31,513 nt of DNA, from positions 1-31,513 of the IMG/VR virus record IMGVR_UViG_3300025066_000101, one strand, 5' to 3'. The notes below the pieces were generated by a model. The model saw only the letters and a list, made by a program, of their open reading frames with translations. It had not been told where the DNA came from and made no database searches. The position numbers were made by a program, and so were the translations under genes. This document shows, piece after piece, positions 16,176 through 26,292 of the stretch. Within the stretch, counting starts at the first letter, position 1; every line of letters begins with the position of its first letter. The stretch comes from a virus (taxonomy: Duplodnaviria > Caudoviricetes).

Positions 16176-16490
16176 TCAAACCCCCTCCTCAGGCCAGTCC
16201 TTCAAGCTCTCAACCTCATCCCTTATACGCCCAACCTCCTTAGCAGATAGACGGACCCGAGGTTTCTCCCCTTTGTCTGTGGCCCCCTCTTCCTGCCTCA
16301 CCACTTTGCAGACCCCTCTACCGGGTTGCTTTGTAATGCCTAGTTTTGTACGCTGTTTTCTCACAGCATATACCGTAACTCGCCGTCCGCTGCTGCGTGA
16401 TAGTTTTACGGCCATTTCAGAGTCCTTCATAAGTCCTGAGTTATCTCTGATAAACTGCTTCTCGCCTTCTGTCCAAACAATATTCGCCAT
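16176..16490 (-). CDS. Putative HTH DNA-binding protein
   Basis: WTEGEKQFIRDN...SEMAVKL...VYAVRKQRTKLGI pattern. Confidence 0.65.
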   Translation of the reverse strand: MANIVWTEGEKQFIRDNSGLMKDSEMAVKLSRSSGRRVTVYAVRKQRTKLGITKQPGRGVCKVVRQEEGATDKGEKPRVRLSAKEVGRIRDEVESLKDWPEEGV

Positions 16491-16849
16491 TAGATAAAAT
16501 CCTTATACTTTTCGCCTTGTTGGGCACCCATATTCCACACTACCACGACACCCTCTTTGTTTTCAAGGCGGTGGTACAATATATCATTTTCCAAGAGTAC
16601 TTTCTTGACAATCTCTCGACGCCACTCGTTCTTCTCTGCGAGGTTCTTCCTTAGTTCGTCATCTTTTTTCTTTTGTTGCTTGATGGCGTTGTTCCTTTCT
16701 TCCCTTGCTTCTTTCCAGGCTCTATCTAGGCCCTCCCGATAGCCCGCCTTACGATACTCCTCTGGAGGGGTGCGAATAACCCATGGGACGACTATCACAA
16801 GCAGCCCTAGTACACCAATAATTTGCCAAAATAATCCTAAATCAAACAT
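16490..16849 (-). CDS. Membrane-anchored coiled-coil protein
   Basis: N-terminal transmembrane segment; likely start MFDLG. Confidence 0.65.
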   Translation of the reverse strand: MFDLGLFWQIIGVLGLLVIVVPWVIRTPPEEYRKAGYREGLDRAWKEAREERNNAIKQQKKKDDELRKNLAEKNEWRREIVKKVLLENDILYHRLENKEGVVVVWNMGAQQGEKYKDFI

Positions 16850-16961
16850 TTTTACACAATTTCTCCGTTTCGTTGTTAAAAAAGCCATACGTTATGTGTA
16901 TAATAAAAGTATAGGCCACTTTTAAGTGGAGTCAACCCGTTTGTTCAAAAAAAGTAGAATT

Positions 16962-17129
16962 ATGAATCACAATCTAATTAAGACTGAGCTACACACAAGG
17001 GCAACTGAGGAACTTGATGCCGAAGTGAAGGAAGAGTTGGAGCTAGACGCTCCTGAAGGGACAATGGCGGCGTTGGTTGCCAAGGTTAGGAAAAAGAACA
17101 AGGAACGCGACAATGAGGACACCGAATGA
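16962..17129 (+). CDS. Hypothetical protein
   Basis: Follows GTGTATAAT; ATGA-coupled to next gene. Confidence 0.55.
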   Translation: MNHNLIKTELHTRATEELDAEVKEELELDAPEGTMAALVAKVRKKNKERDNEDTE

Positions 17130-17410
17130 AGATACCGCCTAACATGACTAAAGAAATGGTCATGGCGGTAATACAGGGAATAGCCGAAGAGGCTTCTGAG
17201 AAGTATCTGTTCAGCTATCATGGCACCGAAGACATCAAGCAGGAAGCCTATGTGGCAGCAATGAGTGGGCTTGAGAACTACAGGGGCAGTCGTCCTCTGG
17301 GGGATTTTTTAAGAACCCACATCTTTAATCGCTTGATGGGCCAAAAACGAAACAGCTATGAGCGCAACGTCTGCGTGATACCCATTCACTTACTTGAGGA
17401 GGAGATATAG
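17126..17410 (+). CDS. Truncated sigma-factor paralog (region 2 only)
   Basis: 47 of the first 80 residues identical to the downstream sigma-like protein (manual count). Confidence 0.75.
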   Translation: MKIPPNMTKEMVMAVIQGIAEEASEKYLFSYHGTEDIKQEAYVAAMSGLENYRGSRPLGDFLRTHIFNRLMGQKRNSYERNVCVIPIHLLEEEI

Positions 17411-18040
17411 ATGAAGATTCCTCCCAATATGACAGAAGACGAAGTCGTGGCGGTAATGCAAAAAATAGCCAGGGCTGCCAAGCACAAGTACAGGTTTGGA
17501 TACTACGAGGCAGACGACATTGAGCAAGAGGCTTATTTTGAGGCCATCAAGGGACTAGAGAAGTACGACGGCAAGAGGCCGTTGGAAAACTTCCTCAGAG
17601 TCCACGTTTTAAATCGCTTAAAGAATTTAAAGCGTAATAAGTACGAGCGGAGAGACAAGCCGTGTGGTAGCTGTCTTCTGGCGACCTACTGCAAGAAAAC
17701 TGAAGAGTGTTCAGAGTTTGAGGACAAGACAGAGTGCAGTATCTATTACAAGTGGTACGAGCGAAATACCGCTAAGAAGAACCTTATGAATCCTGTGGGG
17801 ATTGGTGTGATTAAAGACCATGAAGAGGAGCACATGAGGTACGACGACGACATCTTGGACAGCCTGATTGTAGGGGAGATGCTTGAGATTATCGAGGGCA
17901 ACCTTACCAGCGGGGAACTTAGGAAAGACTGGATTAAGTTGAAGCATGGGCTTAAAGTCCCGAAACATCGTCGCCAGCGTATCCGAGATGAGGTGACACG
18001 CATCCTAAGGGAGAACGGAATAGATGAATATGAAGCCTGA
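17411..18040 (+). CDS. Phage sigma70-family-like factor with Cys-rich insert
   Basis: Region-2-like DDIEQEAYFEAIKGLEKYDGKRPLENFLRVHVLNRLKNLKR; CGSC..C..C..C insert. Confidence 0.7.
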   Translation: MKIPPNMTEDEVVAVMQKIARAAKHKYRFGYYEADDIEQEAYFEAIKGLEKYDGKRPLENFLRVHVLNRLKNLKRNKYERRDKPCGSCLLATYCKKTEECSEFEDKTECSIYYKWYERNTAKKNLMNPVGIGVIKDHEEEHMRYDDDILDSLIVGEMLEIIEGNLTSGELRKDWIKLKHGLKVPKHRRQRIRDEVTRILRENGIDEYEA

Positions 18041-18863
18041 ACGAAAGCGCGGTCCTCTAAGTATGGAGGAGCGTAATTATATTATAAAAAATGTTCACGA
18101 GCAGTCTGTCGAAGAAATTGCTGACGTTCTTAATAGGAACGCGGCACCCGTTGAGAAGTTCATTAAGAACAATGACCTTAGGGGCAAGGACAGCGTTGGT
18201 GACCAGGACAACCATGAGATTCTATTGTCTAAGCTAAGGCATCGCCCTTACTACTATGATATTAGGGCGCAGCTCACAGACGAGGAGCTGAGTTACTTTG
18301 AGAAGAACTGGGTCTTCCTAATTGCACAGTTCCGAGAGGATGTTCTGTATTCAGAAGAACTCTCCCTGAAGCAATTGATTATCGTTGATGTTCTGATGAA
18401 CCGCTCCATGGTTGAGAGGCGGGCGCACCAGGAGGATGCCAACCGTCTACAAGAATCTCTAGACGACGAAATGGCAAAGCACCCAGACGACAGGGATAGG
18501 GACTATATCCTAAACCTTGAGACTCAGTTGGCGTTCGCTAGAACGTCCATCACCTCTTATACCAACGAACATGTCAAGCTCTTGAAAGAGAGACGAGACA
18601 TAGACAAATCACTAAAGACAACTCGTGACCAACGTGTCAAAAGAATTGAAGACGGTAAGACTTCTTTTAGCGGCTGGCTGAAAACCCTTGAGGATGAAGG
18701 CGAGCGAGTTAAGTGGGGGGAGTACGCTGAACTAATGCGTCTGTCCTTGTTTAGAGCTATGGAGAGGCTATCACAAAATCACGTCTACGAAGATGAGAAA
18801 GTAGACATTCCATATTTAACTGTAGAATCCGCAAAGATGAACGAGGAAAAACAAAATGGCTAA
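18024..18863 (+). CDS. Hypothetical protein with N-terminal HTH and coiled coil
   Basis: SVEEIADVLNRNAAPVEKFI is HTH-like; could be a terminase small subunit (unverified). Confidence 0.75.
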   Translation: MNMKPERKRGPLSMEERNYIIKNVHEQSVEEIADVLNRNAAPVEKFIKNNDLRGKDSVGDQDNHEILLSKLRHRPYYYDIRAQLTDEELSYFEKNWVFLIAQFREDVLYSEELSLKQLIIVDVLMNRSMVERRAHQEDANRLQESLDDEMAKHPDDRDRDYILNLETQLAFARTSITSYTNEHVKLLKERRDIDKSLKTTRDQRVKRIEDGKTSFSGWLKTLEDEGERVKWGEYAELMRLSLFRAMERLSQNHVYEDEKVDIPYLTVESAKMNEEKQNG

Positions 18864-19449
18864 GAAGAGAACTAAGAAGACTCCTACGGAGCCCCAAGTT
18901 GACGCCACACAGGAACCAACCGAACTTAGTCCCAAGAGTAAAGAGTGGAACGAGGGAGTTGCCGCAGGCATTATAGAGGAAGATAGGGCTGAAATCTTTG
19001 TCGATGGGGAGACGGGTGAGGTTGTTCCGACACCAGAACTCTCAGACGACCACGAGACGGTGGACGAAGAAGAACATCAGAAGAGGGTTGCGGCGGCAGC
19101 AGCTAAGAAGCAAGAGCTAGAAGAAGCTCTTATTGCAGAGGCGCAAGAGGAACTTGATTCACTGGTTACGCCTGTTCCAGGCGGGAGTGTGGCAAGTCAG
19201 GAGGTGACAGGTGAGGGCTTTAGCTCAAAGAAAACGAGTGAGAGCGCTACTAATGCCGCAAGACGTAATGTTAATAACGCAAGGGAGAAAGTAGACACTC
19301 CTAAGTATCGTATGAATGTTAATGGCAACAACTCTGGTGACTATGCTAGTTCTTCTATTAAGACCAAGGTTAATAGCAATCGAAGCGGAGTCTTTAAGAT
19401 TCGCGATGATGAGCCTATTAATAACGCGAAAGGAACACACAGGGAATGA
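18856..19449 (+). CDS. Acidic, likely disordered hypothetical protein
   Basis: Coupled ORF with GAGG RBS. Confidence 0.75.
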   Translation: MAKKRTKKTPTEPQVDATQEPTELSPKSKEWNEGVAAGIIEEDRAEIFVDGETGEVVPTPELSDDHETVDEEEHQKRVAAAAAKKQELEEALIAEAQEELDSLVTPVPGGSVASQEVTGEGFSSKKTSESATNAARRNVNNAREKVDTPKYRMNVNGNNSGDYASSSIKTKVNSNRSGVFKIRDDEPINNAKGTHRE

Positions 19450-19745
19450 TACGTTTATGGAAACTAGGTGATGCAGAGCGTGGGATTCTCCCTACGAGAG
19501 AAGCAGCCATAACACTGGCGAAGATGCTGCAAGACAACGAGGGCTCTGCGACCACGGATATAATATGGGGTCCAGATATTGAGTGTCTGCATATTCCAGA
19601 CAACTCAGAAGAGTGTAAGGACTTAATTGCTTTGGATGAGGCAATTAGCAAGGTAAGAATCTTTAGCACGTCTATACCTCCTCATATTGAGGAGGCTCTT
19701 GCTAATCAGGAGATTGAGAACTTGGAGGATATTGGGGATGAGTAA
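19446..19745 (+). CDS. Small protein homologous to an internal segment of the portal
   Basis: 28 of 45 ungapped identities to portal residues encoded at 25093-25227. Confidence 0.8.
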   Translation: MIRLWKLGDAERGILPTREAAITLAKMLQDNEGSATTDIIWGPDIECLHIPDNSEECKDLIALDEAISKVRIFSTSIPPHIEEALANQEIENLEDIGDE

Positions 19746-20898
19746 GTTTGAAAACCAAAAGACGGCAGTAGTCTTCGGAGTTACTGGGCAAGATGGTTCG
19801 TATCTTTCTGAGCTTTTACTTAACAAAGAGTATAAGGTCATAGGCGTCGGACGACGCTCAAGTGTCAACACTCAAGAAAGACTTCGCCCAGGCGTGTTAG
19901 ACAATCCAGACTTCACTTATGCCGAAGGCGACATAACGGACCTAGCTTCCGTATCGGGGATTATCGACGAGTGTCAGCCTGACGAGTGCTACAACCTAGC
20001 GGCTCAGAGTCATGTAGGGACGAGCTTTAAACAGCCCGTGGCTACGTTTCAAATCGACGCCGTAGGAGTGCTAAACATACTTGAAGGTATCAGAGTTCAT
20101 AGCCCGCAGACTCGCTTCTATCAGGCAAGCACTAGTGAGCTTTATGGGGATAACTATGACACGATAGATGAGGCTCCTTTCGAGGAGTATAAGATTCCTG
20201 TTAACTACCCCGAGAACAACGAGCATATTCCTTCGCTTAAGAACTACCAAACGGACGACACGGTGTTCGCCCCTCGTAGTCCATACGCTGCCGCCAAAGC
20301 TGCCGCGCATCATTTGGTGCATACCTATCGTGAATCCTATGGACTTCACGCGAGCTGCGGTATCCTCTTTAATCACGAGAGCGAACGTAGGGGAGAGAAC
20401 TTCGTCACCCGTAAGATTTCAAAGTGGGTAGGAGAGTTTGCTTCTAGCCCTATACCCTTCTCATTGCCACACGATGAACAGCTTGCGCTCGGTAATCTAG
20501 ACGCATATCGGGACTGGGGCCACGCAGAAGACTATGTATACGCTATGTGGTTGATGTTACAGCAAGATGTCCCTGATGATTACGTCATAGCTACCGGACA
20601 GGCTCATTCCGTACGAGACTTCCTAGACGCTGCGTTTAAATGCGTAGGCGTTGATGACTGGTCTCCTTACGTTCGTGTTGACCCTGAGTTCTTTCGTCCT
20701 GCTGAGGTTGAGTACCTATGCGGAAAGGCTATTAAGGCTAAAGAGAAAATGGACTGGACCCCCAAGGTCACATTCACTGAACTAGTAGAAAGAATGGTGC
20801 TTAGCGATGCCGAAAAAGCGAAAAAAGAGAAAGCTTACAGCCAAGCAAATATTCAGAGCGAGAGCGAAGGGCAGAGCTGCTGCAAGGGGAAATGTTAG
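19738..20898 (+). CDS. gmd: GDP-mannose 4,6-dehydratase
   Basis: GVTGQDGSY, YNLAAQSHV, FYQASTSE, PRSPYAAAK, GILFNHES and RDWGHAEDY motifs; likely start ATG 19738. Confidence 0.95.
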   Translation: MSKFENQKTAVVFGVTGQDGSYLSELLLNKEYKVIGVGRRSSVNTQERLRPGVLDNPDFTYAEGDITDLASVSGIIDECQPDECYNLAAQSHVGTSFKQPVATFQIDAVGVLNILEGIRVHSPQTRFYQASTSELYGDNYDTIDEAPFEEYKIPVNYPENNEHIPSLKNYQTDDTVFAPRSPYAAAKAAAHHLVHTYRESYGLHASCGILFNHESERRGENFVTRKISKWVGEFASSPIPFSLPHDEQLALGNLDAYRDWGHAEDYVYAMWLMLQQDVPDDYVIATGQAHSVRDFLDAAFKCVGVDDWSPYVRVDPEFFRPAEVEYLCGKAIKAKEKMDWTPKVTFTELVERMVLSDAEKAKKEKAYSQANIQSESEGQSCCKGKC

Positions 20899-21217
20899 CG
20901 GGGCTAGAGACTATCACGACCCCAAGTATAAGATGTGGCGAGCCGCCGTCTTAAGAAGAGATAGGCGTAAGTGTCAATGGCCTGGGTGTGACCTGAGAAC
21001 TGGTATTCAGGTCCACCATATCAGGCGATGGGCTGATTGTCCGTCCTTAAGGTATAATGTATCAAACGGTATCTGCTTATGCAGAGGACACCATAAATCT
21101 ATAGAAGGCAAAGAGCAACAATATGAAGCGCACTTTAGAAGAATCATCCTTAACGCAAGAGGACATCGACCGCCTCCTCCTAAGCGTAACGATAGTGACG
21201 GGAATGATAAACTGTGA
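20807..21217 (+). CDS. HNH endonuclease
   Basis: RDRRKCQWPGC...VHHI...NGICLCRGHH. Confidence 0.85.
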   Translation: MPKKRKKRKLTAKQIFRARAKGRAAARGNVSGARDYHDPKYKMWRAAVLRRDRRKCQWPGCDLRTGIQVHHIRRWADCPSLRYNVSNGICLCRGHHKSIEGKEQQYEAHFRRIILNARGHRPPPPKRNDSDGNDKL

Positions 21218-21229
21218 GGGTTTTATAAC

Positions 21230-21469
21230 GTGGACGACTTAAATATACGATATGGCAACCTGGAGAGAGACGGCAGGAAGCTAACTGAGATAATTGAGAA
21301 TGGCGTCTTTAACCCTGAGACTTTTACTGGCACAATTTGTGAAACAGCACTTAATAAAGACGATGTATCTGCTCAAACCATTGAGTGGGAGTTTTGCATT
21401 GTTGATGGTGTTATCGAGGCAACTAGATACAAGCAGGTATGGATAGATGAGCTTCAATGTAGTGATTGA
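21230..21469 (+). CDS. Hypothetical protein
   Basis: GTG start with GAGG RBS; fills operon gap. Confidence 0.6.
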   Translation: MDDLNIRYGNLERDGRKLTEIIENGVFNPETFTGTICETALNKDDVSAQTIEWEFCIVDGVIEATRYKQVWIDELQCSD

Positions 21470-21914
21470 CACCCGAGAGCAGCAACCCTGGCACATCGGA
21501 ACATCAAAAGAGGTAGACGAGGTAATTTCTCGTAAGCTAGACACCGGGGACTATGCCATCGAAGGTATGGAGCACTTGCTTTGTATCGAGAGGAAGATGA
21601 GCGTATCTGAACTAGCAACCAATATAAGTGAGAAGCGCTTCTGGAAAGAGATGGAGCGAATGAAGGAATACAAGTGGAAATATCTTATTCTTGAGTTCGA
21701 CATCGACGATATTACTATCTTCCCTGTGGGCTCTACTATTCCGGCGCACAAGCATAGCAAAGTCCGCGTTCGCGGCCCCTATATTATGAAGCGGCTTGCT
21801 GAGATACAGGTTGACTACAATATCAGTGTCTTATTTGCTGGAGACGTTGACAACGCTAGGTGGTCTGCATCTAACATTATGAAGAGAGTATATGAGCAAA
21901 ACAAAGAACAATAA
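21447..21914 (+). CDS. ERCC4/XPF-domain nuclease
   Basis: VIDTREQ, GDY and IERK motifs. Confidence 0.85.
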   Translation: MSFNVVIDTREQQPWHIGTSKEVDEVISRKLDTGDYAIEGMEHLLCIERKMSVSELATNISEKRFWKEMERMKEYKWKYLILEFDIDDITIFPVGSTIPAHKHSKVRVRGPYIMKRLAEIQVDYNISVLFAGDVDNARWSASNIMKRVYEQNKEQ

Positions 21915-24045
21915 TGGGCTAAGCTACAATAAGTACGATGATGCTTGGCTACAGTTGGGAGACACTGGGGAGATAGTTAAGCATCCGTCTTTCTTTAACC
22001 CTCTAATACGACGAACGGACGAGGAAAGAGCCCAGCCTGGACTACACGAGATGGGTGTTATGGTTAACCCTCAGTATCTAGCTCTGACGTGTAAGGTGTT
22101 TCTAAATATTGACATCCTTCCTGAGCAAGCGATGGTTTTATATGAGCTATGGGAAAGACCGTTCCCTATGTTTATCGCCAGTCGTGGTTTTGGTAAGTCA
22201 TGGATGCTTGCGGTTTATGCTATGCTTAAGATACTTCTTACACCTCGAAAGAACGATGGTTCTCCTGGTTGTAAGATTGTTGTCGTAGGTGCTGCCTTCC
22301 GTCAGTCCAAAGTTATCTTTGAGTATATGGAAACTCTATGGAAGAACGCTCCTGTCTACAGAGACGTGTGTAACGGCCTCAGTGGGCCGCGCCGAGATGT
22401 TGATAGGTGTACGATGAGGGTTAACGACAACTGGGCCATATGCGTGCCTCTGGGCGACGGCTCCAAGATTCGTGGTCTTCGTGCTACCATCGTTCTTGCT
22501 GATGAATTTGCATCAATCCCACCCGATATTTACGAGACCGTTGTTGCTGGTTTCGCGGCTGTATCTTCTGACCCCCTTGGTAATGTTCAGGCTTACTATA
22601 AGCGTGAGGCAATGAAAAGGGAGGGCCAGTGGACAAAGGACAAGGAAATTGTCTACCAGTCTCGCACGGGCAACCAAGCTATCCTATCTGGTACGGCTGA
22701 TTACAGCTTCAAGCACTTCGCTGAGTACTGGCGTAGGTATAAGGCTTACCTATACACAGGGGGCGACATGGAGAAGTTACAGAAGCTTCTTGGTGACGAC
22801 TTCGACGAAGAACAATTAATGAACATGAACCCGCACGACTATTCAGTCATCCGAATCCCTTATGAGTTAATTCCGAAGGGCTTCATGGACGAGAGAGTGG
22901 TTATGAGGGCGAAAGCTACGGTTCATTCCGGCATATACCAAATGGAATACGGGGCTGTTTTCACAGATGATTCCGATGGGTTTTTCAAGCGTAGCCTAAT
23001 AGAAAGCTGCGTTGCGCATAGCCAAAACATCAATAATATGTACTGGCCTAACTGGTGTCCAGTACCATTTGATGCTCTTACAAGGGGAACCCCCGATGCT
23101 AGGTATGTGTTCGGGGTGGACCCCGCTTCTGAGGCTGACAATCTATCTATTACCGTTCAAGAGGTTCTTCCTTATCATACTAGGATAGTCCATGTGTGGA
23201 CGACCAACCGAAAGGACTTCAACGAGCGAAAGAAGGCGGGCCTAACAGATGTTGCCGACTTCTACGGGTACTGTGCTCGCAAGATACGGGATTTGACCAA
23301 GGTCTTTCCGTTGGCAGAGGGCCATCCTCTTGGTGCCTCAATTGGCTTGGATGCTCAGGGCGGTGGTATAGCTATCATGGAGGCCCTACATGACCCAGAC
23401 AAGATGAAGGAGGGCGAAGTACCCTTCTGGCCTATCGTAGACCCCAATAAGAAGGGTGAATACGACTTAGAGCCTGGATTGCATATTATCGAGATGGTAC
23501 AGTTTGCTAGGGCAGAGTGGACCGTTGAGGCCAACCACGGCCTTCGTAAGGACTTTGAAGATAAGGTTCTCCTGTTCCCACGGTTCGATACGGTGACGCT
23601 GGAGATGGCTCTAGCTGAGGATAAGTTCAGATGTGACGACTTCGCCGCTAAGAACAAGGGGCAGAAGCTTACTTTATATGATACATTAGAAGATGCAGTC
23701 ATGGAAATCGAGGAGCTTAAGGACGAGTTGACAACAATCATTATGACCAGAACTGGTACAGGGGTTGGCGGTAGAGACAGATGGGACACTCCAGAGACCA
23801 AGCTGGAAGGTGGTAAAAAGGGCCGACTCAGGAAGGACCGTTACTCCTCCTTGCTTATGTCTAATATGATTGCCCGTAAGATTTCTAGGGCTCCTACTCA
23901 AATAGAGTATCAGGTTATTGGTGGTTTTGCCTCCGACATCCCAACCGAAAAAGAAGGGGACGGTGCTTTATATACAGGGCCAGACTGGTATACTAAGCCA
24001 ATGAATTCAGGATTTATCGGGCAGTCAGTCAATCGCGGTGTATAA
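21892..24045 (+). CDS. terL: Terminase large subunit
   Basis: Walker A SRGFGKS, GLRA..VLADE Walker B, nuclease FGVDPA and KDRYSS; adjacent to portal. Confidence 0.9.
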   Translation: MSKTKNNNGLSYNKYDDAWLQLGDTGEIVKHPSFFNPLIRRTDEERAQPGLHEMGVMVNPQYLALTCKVFLNIDILPEQAMVLYELWERPFPMFIASRGFGKSWMLAVYAMLKILLTPRKNDGSPGCKIVVVGAAFRQSKVIFEYMETLWKNAPVYRDVCNGLSGPRRDVDRCTMRVNDNWAICVPLGDGSKIRGLRATIVLADEFASIPPDIYETVVAGFAAVSSDPLGNVQAYYKREAMKREGQWTKDKEIVYQSRTGNQAILSGTADYSFKHFAEYWRRYKAYLYTGGDMEKLQKLLGDDFDEEQLMNMNPHDYSVIRIPYELIPKGFMDERVVMRAKATVHSGIYQMEYGAVFTDDSDGFFKRSLIESCVAHSQNINNMYWPNWCPVPFDALTRGTPDARYVFGVDPASEADNLSITVQEVLPYHTRIVHVWTTNRKDFNERKKAGLTDVADFYGYCARKIRDLTKVFPLAEGHPLGASIGLDAQGGGIAIMEALHDPDKMKEGEVPFWPIVDPNKKGEYDLEPGLHIIEMVQFARAEWTVEANHGLRKDFEDKVLLFPRFDTVTLEMALAEDKFRCDDFAAKNKGQKLTLYDTLEDAVMEIEELKDELTTIIMTRTGTGVGGRDRWDTPETKLEGGKKGRLRKDRYSSLLMSNMIARKISRAPTQIEYQVIGGFASDIPTEKEGDGALYTGPDWYTKPMNSGFIGQSVNRGV

Positions 24046-24046
24046 T
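24037..24046 (+). promoter_or_regulatory. Candidate late promoter GGTGTAT(A/C)A
   Basis: Also at 16896, 26562 and 27389, each just upstream of a late-gene start. Confidence 0.5.
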
Positions 24047-24093
24047 ACTATTGTCACCCGAATCAATACCATTATCAATTGCATTGTGAATAA

Positions 24094-26292
24094 ATGACAA
24101 GAAAACCAAGCAAAACTAAGAAGCAAGCTTTATCAGGCGAGACACATGGGTACGAACCCAATTACGTGTCTTGGGATGGCGACCTACTAGATAGCCAAGC
24201 AGATAAGGTTAAGGCTTTTGAGAAGATGAGTGAGGCAGTCGAAGAGTACCAAATAGTCTCTCGTACTACAGCCCACTTCTCTCATAGACAAAACTATAGT
24301 AATCTAAGTACCGACATAAGCGGTCGCCCCGGCTTAACTCGTAGGGATTATGAGTTGCACAGGCCAGACGAGGCTGTTCCTCGTAAGATTAAAGAGATTT
24401 TGTCTGTGGCTGATTCTATCTATCAGCGCGTGGGTCTTATTCGTAACATCGTTGATTTAATGGGCGATTTTACCTGCCAAGGAGTTAGGATAGTACACCC
24501 CAACAAGCGAATAGAAAAGTTCTATCGTAAGTGGGCGCGTCAGATTGGTATGCCGTTCGTCTCTGAGCGAATTGCAAACAACCTGTTCCGTTCAGCCGTC
24601 GCCATCTTGAACACTCAAACCGCTAAGCTGTCTAAGAAGGACCAGCTAAAGTTTGAGCGCTCTATGGCTAAGGACGAGATTGATATGGACATTCAGTTGA
24701 CCAAAGTAGCTAATCGAGTGCTTCCTTGGAAGTATACGATGATTGACCCTTTGATTGTTGATGTTGTCGGTGGTCCCTTGTCTTCATTTGTGAGTCAGCC
24801 CATCTACGGTATCAAGTTACCAGACAATCTTAAAAGGGCGATTAGGTCTCCTCAAAATCCTGCGGAAGCGGCAATCGTTGCTAAGCTTCCTAAGAACATT
24901 AAGGACGCTGCTGCTGTCGGAACAGACCAAGCTATGCTCTTAGACCCAGATAAGACCACCGTCCTTCACTACAAGAAAGACGACTGGCAGCCATGGGCCT
25001 TCCCTATGATTTACGCAGTCATGGACGATATTTTTGTTCTAGAGAAGTTGAAGCTGGCTGATGTCGCCGCTTTAGATGGAGCCATCTCTAATATCCGTAT
25101 CTTCAAGCTAGGTAGCTTGGAGCACTCAATCGCACCAACCAGAGAAGCAGCAACTAAGCTCGCTGGTATGCTGCAAGCCCATACTGGAGTAGGTACTCTT
25201 GATATGATTTGGGGGCCTGATATTGAGTTGATTGAAACTTCTACTAATGTTCATCAATTTCTAGGGGCTGGCAAATATGAACCTACACTTGCGGCAATTT
25301 ATGCTGGGCTTGGTATTCCACCCACTCTTACTGGAACCGGCGGTGCTGGCGGCACTACTAATAACTTTGTGTCGTTACAGACACTTATTAACAGGCTAGA
25401 TTACGGTCGCTCAGTTCTTAGAGAGTTCTGGGAGGCTGAATTTGTCAAGGTCCAGAAGGCTATGGGCTTCCGCTTTCCTGCGAAGCTTGAGTTCGACCAC
25501 CCAAATCTAGGAGACACACAATCTTCTATGGCTTTGATGGTCCAACTAGCAGACCGCAACCTTATCAGCGACGAACTACTTCGTGAGCACTTCAAACACG
25601 ACCCAGAGATGGAGAAGGTTCGTATCAACCGTGAGGCTAGAGACCGTAAGGCTGGTCGTGACGTACCTAAGGCTGGCGCTTTCCACGACCCTCAGTTCGA
25701 CATCACACTCAAGAAGGTATTCGCCCAGAGCGGAGCCATCACACCATCACAGGCAGGACTTGACTTACCCAAACCTAAAAAGGGTGAGCAACCTGCCATC
25801 AAGATGAAGCCCCCAACACCAGGAGGCGCTGGTAAGCCCGGCGCTAAGAAGCCTGGGGTGTCTGGTCAGGGCCGTCCTAAGAACTCTAAAGACACAACCA
25901 AACGGAAGACTAAAAGGTTCACACCTAAGTCTAAGGCCGTTGTAGAGTTATGGGCTAAAGCCGGTCAAGAGGCCATTTCTGAGTTTGTCAACCCGTATAT
26001 CCTTGAGATGTGCGAGAAGTCGAACATGAGGAAGCTAACCGAAACAGAAAGGGTCAGCGCTGAGGCTATCAAATTAAACGTCCTATGGGGTCACGACCCA
26101 CTTGGGGAGATTTCCCAGGCAACGGTCGTGGCCGCTCTACAGGGGTCCGCTCCTGAGGATGTCCTGATTAAGAACGAGAAGGTTATTAAAACATGCTCTA
26201 ATGAGCTTAACAGAAAACTAAGCGTAGAGGAGGTCCGAACTATTCAGGCCGCAACCTATGCTGAGTATCATGGAGACGATAAAAATGGCTAA
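24094..26292 (+). CDS. Portal protein
   Basis: Position after terL, size, IYAGLGIPPTL stem-helix-like motif, Pro/Lys-rich C-terminal extension. Confidence 0.8.
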   Translation: MTRKPSKTKKQALSGETHGYEPNYVSWDGDLLDSQADKVKAFEKMSEAVEEYQIVSRTTAHFSHRQNYSNLSTDISGRPGLTRRDYELHRPDEAVPRKIKEILSVADSIYQRVGLIRNIVDLMGDFTCQGVRIVHPNKRIEKFYRKWARQIGMPFVSERIANNLFRSAVAILNTQTAKLSKKDQLKFERSMAKDEIDMDIQLTKVANRVLPWKYTMIDPLIVDVVGGPLSSFVSQPIYGIKLPDNLKRAIRSPQNPAEAAIVAKLPKNIKDAAAVGTDQAMLLDPDKTTVLHYKKDDWQPWAFPMIYAVMDDIFVLEKLKLADVAALDGAISNIRIFKLGSLEHSIAPTREAATKLAGMLQAHTGVGTLDMIWGPDIELIETSTNVHQFLGAGKYEPTLAAIYAGLGIPPTLTGTGGAGGTTNNFVSLQTLINRLDYGRSVLREFWEAEFVKVQKAMGFRFPAKLEFDHPNLGDTQSSMALMVQLADRNLISDELLREHFKHDPEMEKVRINREARDRKAGRDVPKAGAFHDPQFDITLKKVFAQSGAITPSQAGLDLPKPKKGEQPAIKMKPPTPGGAGKPGAKKPGVSGQGRPKNSKDTTKRKTKRFTPKSKAVVELWAKAGQEAISEFVNPYILEMCEKSNMRKLTETERVSAEAIKLNVLWGHDPLGEISQATVVAALQGSAPEDVLIKNEKVIKTCSNELNRKLSVEEVRTIQAATYAEYHGDDKNG

